Assembly: GCA_002633005.1 (NCBI GenBank)
Contig: NMRA01000485.1
Coordinates: forward strand, 186,442 to 250,441
Length of the DNA stretch: 64,000 bases
Direction of reading: 5' to 3'
Source of the DNA: Phoronis australis
Taxonomy: Eukaryota > Animalia > Phoronida
Shown: piece by piece, positions 13,746-24,900 of the stretch
How the letters are laid out: every line of letters starts with the position of its first letter
How positions within the stretch are numbered: the first letter of the stretch is position 1
Notes under the pieces: model-generated
Database searches by the model: none
Told to the model about the DNA's origin: nothing
What the model saw: the letters and a program-made list of their open reading frames with translations, nothing else
Program-made: the position numbers and the translations under genes

Positions 13746-16275
13746 GTATTATGCCATTTTGAAGTTTAAAAAAATCGAAAGTTTTTGTCAAACTCCGGAG
13801 CAACCTTTAAAGGTCAAATTGCCAAAAAAGCCCCAGGGAATTCATGGCTTAGAGATTCAGTATGTATTCCTGACCATATCTTAATTAAAAATCTTAGAAG
13901 CCCAATTACTTTGGAAACCGTAGCGTTGACATATCCTACAACGATAATGGAAACGTGAGAGCTTAAAAATTTTAAAGTCGGCGTGTGCAACGTTCAGTTT
14001 ATGTTTCTATTGACTGAACATTTTATTCATCGAAATGTACAAGTTGTAAATGTTTAATTTTGTGAAAAGAGTACTGTTGTTATGTGGTTATGGCCTATAT
14101 TATTCTTATTCTCAACACTCAGAGTACTATTAGATCAAGGGTTGGGGGTTGGGACTTTTGTTAGGAATAGGGTTGGGGGTTGGGATTGAGGTTATGTCTT
14201 TCAGTTCATTTATATTAATTTTTGCTGAAAACATTTGACGACTTATAAACTTTAGGTAAATTCATAGCAACATGTTTTAACTCCATTCTTTGAATACAAA
14301 CCACCAGTGGAATTAACAGAGCCTTTAAAGGCACAAATTTTCTAGTTTTACTTTGCAGATATTCATAGTTGTAGGAAGCTGAAGGTGAGGGTTGGGACGA
14401 GCTTGCACAAAAACGAGCCTCTAGTACATGGGGGGGGGGGGGGCTATAGCTCCCCAACCCCCTATGGAGCGCCGCCCATGCAGTAGACAACTAGTAGCGA
14501 ACCTACCATGAAGCTAATTAAGACTTAGAAATGGCGAAAACTTCGAACGAGTGGAGAGCGGAGAGGTGAAATAAGACGCCTAGGAAAATCTGACGTTAAC
14601 AGGGGGTGGGGGCGAAAATAGTGTCCATGGGCAGGCGGGTACCCCTGCATTTTATTTATCCCGTTAAAAGAGAAAGTTTTCGATGTACATAATGTTTCGA
14701 CAAGCGGAACACAAAATATGCACAATGTGTTGCTCGCAAACACGTATTTTTACCCAAATTATACCAAGACGTGCCTCCAATTATGCTCAACGATATTGAT
14801 TAAGCGTACAATATTCACGTAAAATACTACGTTGCACCCGCACATTAATAATTTCATTGCCCAATCAAAGTCTTAAGGTATTACCTGCTGACTCTCCTTT
14901 GCATATGCAATCTTAAACAGAGCCTTGGTTCGAGACTATTTTTTAGCGTGTGATACCGTCTCATACTAGTTTTAATGCGGTTTGAATGTTGCCGATTGGT
15001 GGACTTTGAAGGTGTACAGTCTGACAAATTGTTTGTCTTTTGACTTTATACCAATTTTCTATTGATTGGGTCACGTAACCATATCTTGTTACCAAAATTT
15101 AGAAAGGCACGTTTACAACAAACCAACAGCACCACTAACATGACCACATTTCGTTTCACATAAATCTTCAAGATGAAATATCAAAAAATTCACTACGCTT
15201 TTCTAAATCATCCTTTCGTCTTCATTTTATCCAACTTTTATTTGTTTCATAAAAAATCATCAACGTCATATTTTTGATGATCTCTCTTGTAGAGGTGCAG
15301 AAATCATAGTCTGTGAACGTTTCATGTTAATCTGATCAGTCATAAGTTTTTAAAGCTTGTACTCATCGCAAACCCTGTGTCCTTATGGTACGCGCATTTG
15401 ACACATTTGCATGTGCTATGTGGCCATGTAACAATTTTGAAAAGCATCGTGCTTCTGTTTCAACAGGTAGTAGTTTGATCATTGCTGTTTAAAGTGGTAA
15501 GGATTTGAATCTTACATGCATCTATAGTGGTTCACATTTACAGTAGTTTATCACACGCATATAGGCTACACGTACTGCTGACATTTTCGACCAACCTGGC
15601 AGAGGGTGCGTGTGGATCTGGATCGAATGAGTTGGTGACGTCAGTGTTGGTGACTTTTGACTTACGCCTCAGTGCTGGGTAGGTGAAGTCAGTGGCACGG
15701 ATAGGCTTCTTATGTCAACAGAATCTCTGATTCAACGGGAAAGTTTGCTGTTGTCGCTGTCGACAATGATAGTTTGATGTCAAGATGGTTTATCTAGTTG
15801 GCTTCAGAATGAAGGAGAACCCTTGACTCCGCAGTGGCATCCTGTAATTCAAAGGACTCGCTTACCAGTTGCTTTATTAGAGGGAAATTTGTTGGTACCA
15901 CGGTCTGTGGTGACTAACTGTCTCGCGTTCACAAGGTGTAACGAGCCGTCTTATCAAACAAGTCACGGGACATTACTAGGGTTAGGAGCAGTCTGTAAAA
16001 TCCACATGTTTTGAATCGTAATATCGTTATTGTAATTCCTTATAAATGCTCATTCCAAAGAAAATGGCACAGTCTGTGAATACCATTGGTTTTGTTTTAC
16101 ACTATTGGTTTAAGCCAAGTTCGCTTTCGCATGGCCTGTGCAGCCGAACATTTCCGCTTAGAAAAAAAGATTTCGTTGTTGCAATTACGTTGGCGGGCTG
16201 TCCCTGGTCACAGGTTTTCTATTGAAACGCACAGACAAATTGCTTCAGACAACATATTGTCGTGGTGCTAAATTT

Positions 16276-16522
16276 CAGGGCTTGGAATGACCAATGACAA
16301 AAAACGCGGAAACTTTTACGGCTCAAATCATGCCCGATAACCAGCCTTTGAAATGGTTAATGTGAACCTTTCCAGACAAAAATCGGGAGGACTAAAAAAA
16401 AAAAAAAAAAAAAAAAAAACGTTACCACCATCAGTAGCATGCGTCTGCGTCCTTTTCGCTCGCCCGTCCACNCATTTCAAAAAAGCGGAAATCCGCGTTT
16501 CCGCGGAAAATTCCAAGCCCTG
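16276..16522. mobile_element. MITE with TIR CAGGGCTTGGAAT
   Basis: cagggcttggaat ... attccaagccctg, flanked by aaattt on both sides; contains a poly-A run and one N. Confidence 0.8.
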
Positions 16523-18139
16523 AAATTTTCGTCTTCTGAGTAAACTCGGTTAAATGGCCTTGTGATGGAAAATTTGCAGATTTTGAAATTTTTGCGCAAC
16601 AGTCATTAATATTGAGAAATATGTACTATATGTACTATAGCTTAACGCGGATTTCTCGCATGATTAAAGCGTCTCGATGTTACTAACATTTCATGACACC
16701 ATGAGATATAATTTGACCAATAGGAACCTTCTGCATATTACTCTTTAGCGTTGTGAGATCACAAACGCGTCTTTGGCTTGCTTGATCTAATTTCAAATTC
16801 TGGTGTGCAAGATGGGCAGAGTTGACGGGGGCGAAATGAATTTTCTTTCAATCTCTGATATTGAAACGTTGAACATTTTTGTGAATCACTTATGATATGG
16901 ATACCCTACCCCACAACAGGGACATTTTGACGGTGCGATGTTCGCAAAGAATTTGTAGAAATCGCTAATATTGCACTGCATTGAATCCATACACGGATGC
17001 AAAAGCCATCTTCTCTATCTCCATCTAGCGACTGTCATGTCACCGCTATAAAGGACAAGTACTATGCGTATCAATAAGTTCAACCAATAATGATTCCATT
17101 GACTTGCAAATTTATCCAATCAGGGTTGAGCAAATCTATTAAAGATGCATACCATAATGCTATTATGGGGTAACGATATTAAATAGCGATGCCTTCCAAA
17201 ACTAGATCGAGTGGGCTGTAACTAGGTCTATTGTCCGAGTTAATCGACATGACTTAATGTAATGTAAATTCAACAGATGGAAGATGTCAACTACATGTAT
17301 ATTAAGCTGTTATTGTCGATTAGCTTACGCTGTTAGTAGCCAAGGCACATGGTTGCGTTTTATTGCTGCTTCCGTGCTAGTCAACAAGTATTTGCAGATG
17401 CGTGAAGCACTCCGCCATACAAAACTAAAAGATTAGTACTCGTTTTAATCCGGGCCAAGCTGTGGGCTGAATAATTGACTTATATAAATGTATTGCAGTT
17501 CACTTCAGTGGAACACTCCTGTAGCTCTGGTTTGCAGTTGCCTCAAGAATGAGCGGAAATGGTTCTGTTTAGAATGATTACTCTGTTTATGGGTTGAAGA
17601 TAGGGCACAGCCCAGTGTCACCGGTAGAACGACTTTGTGACATTTTAATCCGAACCGGACCATTTCGAATGGACAAGTGATCTCTCATATGATTCGATGA
17701 GATTTTGGAACGAATGTGTATCGTTCTGTACCTCACAAACCATCACCAAATAGCCTAGGGGTTTGCTTTGGCCACCACGCGTAAGCAGCCGAAATGTTAT
17801 GTGGGAATAATTTGTCACCGTAAAACCTTAGAGAATGCAGTGATACAATGGGATCTTTTCAGTTACTGTTTGAATTAACTCCAGTCAAAGAACCAGCTGC
17901 GGAAAATGTGTGAGAACTATACTTACTCTTTTACACCCAACGTATCGATGAATTCAGACTTTGCCTCCACTAGCTAGGCTATTATGTCTAAAAGGAATTG
18001 TATTTGATTACTGTGAAAAAGGTAATTTGTTAACCCGGCATCGTTAAACACCATTATAACACTTCATTTCTTATCTTTGCAGATTACAAGATGGAATGCT
18101 TGTCCAAGAATCATGGACCTGTAGCTCTTTCTCTACTCA

Positions 18140-18787
18140 ATGACGATGTTAAACGAAGTAATCATGGCGGACTCGGCAACTTCCGGGTATTTGGACTTGA
18201 GCAAAAACGATGCGCCGGCTGTTAAGAACAGCACGATCGTGGGAATCACACAGCTATCTAATCATTCCTTTCCCTTGAATAGTAGTATGGATCCAATGGA
18301 CGTGAGTCGATTTGCTATCCAGGACATGGGTACCCATAACAATAGCTATCTGGATGAGGACATACCGCGATTTACTAACTCGTCAATCATCGTCTGCGCA
18401 TTGTTCGGTGTGATATTCTTGCTCTCTCTCGTTGGAAACCTTATAACGCTTGTACACATGTTGCGAATCCCGCGACGGCGCCGCAACACCATACAGACTC
18501 TTATTCTACATCTTTCTACCGCGGATTTGTTCGTAGCCTTCTTTTGTGTTTTGTCCGACGGCATATGGGGAGCAACTGTGCAGTGGTTGGCTGGGAACGT
18601 CATGTGCAAAGTGATGAAGTTTTTACAGTTGTTTTCGCTCTATTTATCCACGTATATCATCGTGATCATCAGCATTGACAGATGTTTCGCTATCAAAGAC
18701 CCCATGAGTAGAAACAATGCGCCGATTCGGGTCAGAAATATGATCATAGCCGCGTACATTATGGGAGCAGCGTTCAGCTTTCCGCAG
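18140..18787 (+). CDS. CRZR: Corazonin-type receptor (GnRH/AKH/CRZ receptor family, rhodopsin-like GPCR), coding exon 1: N-terminus and TM1-TM4
   Basis: Several N-glycosylation sequons in the N-terminus, TM1 GN, TM2 HLSTADL, WLAGNVMCK, TM3 ISIDRC, TM4 FSFPQ. Ends at CAG|GTAATC (648 nt, phase 0). Acceptor tttgcag at 18082 precedes the ATG. Confidence 0.93.
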
Positions 18788-19515
18788 GTAATCCATTTTC
18801 ATTTGTCAAAGTCTTGTTGTCAAGTGATGTAACCGCCGACACTGATGCATGAATGAAATGCACAAAGCTGAACACTATTACACAAATTTACCTCAGCTTT
18901 GGTTTCAGGCTGAAAACTGTTTATGATGCTTTTGACACCTTCTTTCTTGCGTGGCTTCTTTCTATTATATGTGAAAGAACCGAAAATACGAGACAGCGTA
19001 CAACACATGCATATGTGGTCGTGCGTCGCGCTTTTGAGGTGAATCAACTCACAACTTTTTATACGTCTACATATGCAGATATATTGTAAGCGTAAATTGC
19101 CGCTATCTCAGTCGGAGCGTCCTGCTTCCGTCGTCCGGCTTCTGCTGATGTATCTCTTCAACAGCTAGCGGTATCAATATGAAATTTGGCTGGCGTTTTT
19201 CTATGACGTCGGCGACAGACAGTGGCTATTTCCTGACGGTTCTGACCAATGGTGTGCCCCCTGGCAGTTTTTCTAAAGTTTGTTTCTGCATCTGCCCAGT
19301 TTCTTGACGGATTTTCTCAAAATTCGGCAAATATGTTTGTATTGATATGTCAACGTAACCTTCCCGATTACGACCGCGGATTAAAGTCTGTGCCCTCTCG
19401 TGACTCTTTTTATTATCTTCGAATTCGTTTTTTGGCGTCCGCCTCTACCCGCTTAACCGCTCTAAGCGTCTTTATGGAAATTGTCAGATGTGTTTCTGAT
19501 GAGAAGATCACGGCA

Positions 19516-19755
19516 NNNNNNNNNNNNNNNNNNNNNNNNNNNNNNNNNNNNNNNNNNNNNNNNNNNNNNNNNNNNNNNNNNNNNNNNNNNNNNNNNNNNN
19601 NNNNNNNNNNNNNNNNNNNNNNNNNNNNNNNNNNNNNNNNNNNNNNNNNNNNNNNNNNNNNNNNNNNNNNNNNNNNNNNNNNNNNNNNNNNNNNNNNNNN
19701 NNNNNNNNNNNNNNNNNNNNNNNNNNNNNNNNNNNNNNNNNNNNNNNNNNNNNNN
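19516..19755. other. Assembly gap (N run)
   Basis: 240 N. A second gap lies at 43810-43912, with single Ns at 16472, 23070 and 30373. Confidence 0.99.
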
Positions 19756-20309
19756 TGTGTGTGTGTATGTGTGTGCGTGCATTATGCCGTCATTTCCGCC
19801 CGTCACTCCGTCCGTTCCTCTGCGTCCGTCCGGCGTAGGATGTCCGGCGTTCGGCGTCATCTCGAGTGACAATTTCTCTGACTCTCACTCGGAGTCTAGA
19901 AACGGAAAATAATATCTATATGATAATCTATATTTATACACCTCACAAGCTACTCACATATGGCTCCTGTTTATGCTAGTATTGACAGTGATTCGTTTTT
20001 AAAATGTCTTTGTTCATTATACCTCACATTAGCGTTTGAAGTGGAACTTATCTCGCGGTCGTGATTACCTGACACCATTAGAAGCCTATGTACAAGGCGT
20101 CATCTTCCGTTAATTAGTGGTCACAATGCCAATCCCCAACTCAATTTTATTGTTTAAAGCGATTTCGTTATAGCTTTTTAAGAATATTTTTTGCAGATTT
20201 CCGTTATTCTAAAATTTAGTATGCGTCGATCCCGTATAAGGGTCTTGACAGTAGTTTACGTGTTCTATTTTAAATTAATATATGGAAATTGGCAATCAAT
20301 ATTAAGCAT

Positions 20310-21724
20310 TTGAACGTGCTTGTCCAACGACAAGCAGAAACCAGATACATTCACAGAGAGGGAATAGAACGCACATTGTAACCAACAAGGATGCCCATAA
20401 GGTTGACCATCTGGACATGTACATACCCAGTCAGCAGGTGAAGTAGGTGACGATGACTACCTCGGAACAAAGCTCTAGTGGGGTGTCACTGAACGCAGCT
20501 TTGTTTGGAAGAAGTGCGCAGTCTGGTGTTTGTTGTGTACTTCATAAAGTTTCCACACTGTCTTTTGTCCAACTAAGGTAAACTGTGATCTTGTGTGGCA
20601 GGAAAAGCATGAAAAATAATGGGAAGTACTTGCAACTTCTGAGATCCAAGAGCTGCCCTGTCCGTGGTTTTATGCCCGAGTACGTCATGTTTTATGCAGA
20701 TGGGTTTCCAGTCTAAATTCGCATTTGATGACCCCCCGATTCGAGTTACCACCTCGATTATTAACTCGAACTTTTTAGTTCAGCGTAGAATAATAGACAA
20801 AGTCTGACGGAGTAAAAAATATATATTCACGGGCCCATGCCCGTCGGCAACTGGTGTTGATGCACATTCGGATGCTTGTTATCAGCGCAACGTTATTGAT
20901 GCTGATTGTTGGCAATTTCAAAGAATGGAACTAGACAGCTGAATCCACGTCCACTGTCAACAACCTCTTGTTCGGCTCTCTTCGGTCTGTGCTTTGTGGC
21001 AGTTGGGCTGGTAATGGCCCCAAACAGTATCCATGCGGTGAGCACGAATTTGTTCATGTTGGATGTTAGGAAAAACATCTTGGATGTTTGATATCCAAAT
21101 ATTTTGCATCTGGTTTTTCTGCGCAAGCTCATTGAAGAACCCAACCATTCCTAATGTTGGACATGTTGTCTGGCCTTTTGCTAAACGTCGTCGGAAAAGG
21201 TGTTCATGACAACAGACACTTTGGCTGTCGTAGAAGTCCATAAGCACAGGCATTGTGTAGTGTTCATGCGTTTCGTAACAATCGGGTTGAATCTAGTGAG
21301 ATCACTTTACTAGTGTCTGTGGCGGAAATGTCAGTGATCTACATGTAACTACATTCCATTTACACTCTTTCACAGTGCTACGAAAGGTAGCACTGTGGAT
21401 TGTTTTTTAGCATGGCTTCTCATTGGTTAAAGTAATGAAACCAACATCATAGCATTCAGTCATTCCCATTGGTTGAAATCTGGGAAACCCTTTCTGTTTA
21501 CTGTTACGTAGTATGGCCACCACCTTGGACTTGAATAGTTGCAAGTTATTAAAGCGGGAAGTAATCGAAGTAAACAAAATTAAGAGAATCTCGATCCCGT
21601 AGCTAAGCCCAAACAAGTACAGTGCATAGAAAGCGTGTTCAGGGGGTAGCGATGTGATCGATAAACTTCCGACCAAGCATGCGCATTGATGCCCACACAC
21701 GGAATTCCTTGTGTCGTTCGTCAT
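20310..21724 (-). pseudogene. Decayed element encoding a PIN/FEN1-like nuclease with a Cys-rich C-terminus (probable transposon relic), in receptor intron 1
   Basis: Frame-shifted minus-strand fragments in the expected order: FYALYLFGLSYGIEILLILF; QDVFPNIQHEQIRAHRMDTVWGHYQPNCHKAQTEESRTRG (cf. RVDIVWD-Y---SLK--TR--RG); AALGSQKLQVLPIIFHAF (cf. LG--K---LP-FHAFTGCD); VGQKTVW; LPNKAAF; SPADW. Boundaries approximate. Confidence 0.7.
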
Positions 21725-23042
21725 GTTTCCACAGGGCCACTTTTCAGTATAGGTGGCGCTGTGTCAGAGGGTAGATTCTACTTCTACCGCGGTTACCTGC
21801 GAACTTGGGATAACGAGACCGCGCTGGCAATCAGTACTAGAAATCGGGCGTGAAACTATTTTTGACATTTTTAGTCCTGCTTTAACACTAACTCAAGATG
21901 TAAATGTCTACTGTTCTATGCTGGAGCACGTTATGGTTTTGAATATAATTTCTTTTGATTACACCAAGATTTGAGCTAAAACTGGAGTAAAAATTCGAGA
22001 TTTCGAGTTCCAACTCGAACTCATAGCTTTAATGCTGGGATCATCAAAATAGAATTGGTTACCAATGAAAACCTTATGGCACACGAGTTCACATTTATCA
22101 ATGTATATCTTGAGTTGTAAAAGTAGAACAAAAATGTCAAAATTCATTTTGAGTTCAATTTCGAGAATGAATAATTAGACATAGGGCCCAGGTTGCTTGA
22201 CTTTTTGCTATAAAAAGTTACATGTGTTAAGTGCTGTGTTTTTGGTGATTGAAACAACATGGCTTTCAATCACGCCACAGCACTTTTTGTTGTTTTTAAG
22301 AGAGAAAACACTCGGTAGATTTTGAATGATATAGTATGGAACAGGGCTCAACATCGAAGACACCGGCTTGGATACTCCTTGATTTGCATCGTCCAGCGAT
22401 CACTGAAATTTAAAAATCTCTCCAATTTAAAAGTTCATAAGAGTAATTCGATTGCAATGAAATCTAATCAAAAGTTTTTACCAAATGGTGTACTTTCCAT
22501 GGCGGGTCTTGGATGTTGTAAAAGGAGACCCAACCACAATTTTTTAGGGAGAATGAGTTACAGCATGCTTCAATCCAAATTACAAACTATAATTAATATG
22601 CAGTAAATAGGGATCTTAGCAGTGTACTAACATGTAGAAACACTTTGAGCATTTCATGCAGGCATTTTTTTCTATTTTTGGACGTCTTATTTACGCTTTT
22701 GTGTACGAGGCTGAAAGATCTAATTGATTGTTTGTTCGTTTTATGGAAGTAGGCTAAGTGTCGCGTGCCCTTTCTCTTGGATACCAGCCGCAACAGCTAG
22801 AAGAGTTGTTTAATAAAAATGACTTGAGAGTCATCCATCAATGTACAGAGATGACATAGCGTGAGCTGCATCCGCGGCTACGTGTTGAGTGAATTACCCT
22901 TCATTACAAATCAAATGCAGTGCAATATTAATTGATTTTTTAAAAGCTGCTGATATATCAAGTGAACATAAGTATATGTATTTAGAAGAATGTGTATGAC
23001 CACGTGTCACGCAAAAAGTAATAACTGAAGATTCTAATGATT

Positions 23043-23295
23043 CATGGGTGCACCCAGGGGGGGGGGGGGNCCAATTTGGCGAATTGGGCAAAAAGGTCTG
23101 CCCCAGTTAAACAAAAAGTCCGAGTAAAAGAGACAAAAGTCCACAAAATCCCACGGGAAGTCGACGCGGATGCACAATTCGTGGTTCTTAACCTAGTGGG
23201 CCCGTTTTTTTTAGTCCTTCATGATTTCTTTCACTAAAAGGTCCGCATACCGAAAAATTCGAGCCCTCCCATACTTTGGGCCGAGTGCGCGCACG
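23043..23295 (+). mobile_element. MITE (CATGGGTGCACCCAG termini), 5-bp TSD TGATT
   Basis: Imperfect TIRs, with tgatt at 23038-23042 and 23296-23300. A similar second copy lies at 43914-44140. Confidence 0.75.
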
Positions 23296-23784
23296 TGATT
23301 GTCGACTTTGTAAATATTCTGTACCGCAACTTATGCAGGTTGCTTCTTTTTGAACACGATCAAGCAGTCCGCAGATCATTCCGGGATTGTCAAAGCACAA
23401 GCCTGCTTAACTAATTTGTTTTGCTGAATATGTAGTTTGAACAACGCACACGTAACGAAAACTCAAATAATAAATCTTTGTCATTCGAATTTCAGGACCT
23501 TCAAGGATCCATGCATTAGCCGATCGTTGGTTACCTTTGCACCTTTGTACATGTAGCCTACTTCCAGGTCACTTCTGTCACGTGTTTCGTTGTAAATGTA
23601 CGCTGTTATCTCTTAATCATGTCTTTATGACCTTCCAAGACACGTATCCAATGTTCTGGTATTTGTGTCAGTTCTCAATTACAATCATTCTTGGACAAAC
23701 AAAAAATTATAAACGGAGATAACCGATTGTAAGATTTTGTTTCCACTAACTAGACACTATGCTTCATCCGTAATACTTCGTTTC

Positions 23785-23970
23785 TTGTCGTAGCCTCAGA
23801 GGTGAACGTGCTCTGTGCATGTGCAGACTTCACACATACGGCAAGTCATGTGACTTCCAAACTGAAGAATGGTTGGCTATGTGACTGAAGCTCGCACATG
23901 CGCAAACAACGCTCACCTCCGAGGGGAAATTTGAAGCTACGTATACATCCGAGTGTTCCTGATGCTAGTA
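23785..23970. mobile_element. Fold-back (palindromic) MITE; related fragments at ~6135-6290, 34685-34735 and 42345-42390
   Basis: cgtagcctcagaggtgaacgt ... acgctcacctccgaggggaaatttgaagctacg are inverted arms. The gtagcctcaaatt motif recurs at the other sites. Confidence 0.6.
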
Positions 23971-24695
23971 CTTGAGAAAGTTTAGTAGAGGCAAACAAAC
24001 ATAATCACTTTATAATTGTAGCCTCTTTATAGTTGTGTATGTTCATTTTGCCTTTGGTATTTGTTTATTCTATTGTATTTTGGTATTTGATTATCGTGCT
24101 TATCGTATTCTTTTGTCCAAATATAATACAATGAGTCACCTTTTGGGTTTGTCTTAGTATTGTTTTGGAAGTCTTAATAATAAAGAAAAAAATCTCTAAA
24201 CGTATAACATGAATCTACTTGATTTTGGGAGATTCGTTGCAGAACATGGAAACAGAAATTAATTATACTTCTGTGTCCGCTTTACATAGATATATGCCAT
24301 AGATTCAACTCATGCGAGGTATATATATACGAATTAAAAATAGTAATAGTAGAGAAATGTGCAAAAGAAAGACGTTAGTGTTAAATGGATTGTCAACTTG
24401 AAGTATTTGATGTTGTTCTTTAAGTTATTTTTTAAATTTCTGTCGTTCTTGTATGCACTCAAGTTTGGGCAAACCCAAGACAGATCATATCAAGTGTATG
24501 TTTTTCACACTTGCCAAATTTAGAACCTACCAAAATCTACCGTGCGTGCTCATCAGTAAGCAGATAATGATATCTGGCCTTGGTCATGTTCCTGACAGAC
24601 TTACCAATGGTTAATTTCTCTTTGTTGCAATAGAACCCGCGTGCCTATTTACCAAAAAACAAACGATTACAACAGAAATGCTGCATTAATTTCAG

Positions 24696-24900
24696 TTGCT
24701 GATATTCCGGAAGGCTCGCGGCCCTTACATCGAGGACTTCTACCAATGCGTTACCTACGGCGCCTACACCGAAGAGTGGCAAGAAAAGGTCTACGCAACA
24801 GCCTCCATGCTTCTACTGTTTCTTGCGCCCCTCGTCACCATGGCAACGTGCTATTTGTTGATATTCTGCACTATTGCAAAGAAATCCAAAACCTATCAAG
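24696..24900 (+). CDS. CRZR: Corazonin-type receptor, coding exon 2: ECL2, TM5, start of ICL3
   Basis: ttcag|TTG...AAG|gtcagt, 205 nt, phase 0 to phase 1. LLIFRKARGPYIEDFYQCVTYGAYTEEWQEKVY matches the RGPF-EEFYQCVT-G-YT--WQE ECL2 signature of corazonin receptors. Confidence 0.93.

Noticed and set aside
18788-18832. ORF-track extension VIHFHLSKSCCQVM of the receptor
   Set aside because: Intronic read-through past the CAG|GTAATC donor; exon 2 supplies the conserved continuation.
19249-19912. Long ORFs containing X runs (also 43628-44042)
   Set aside because: Open only because they span N gaps.
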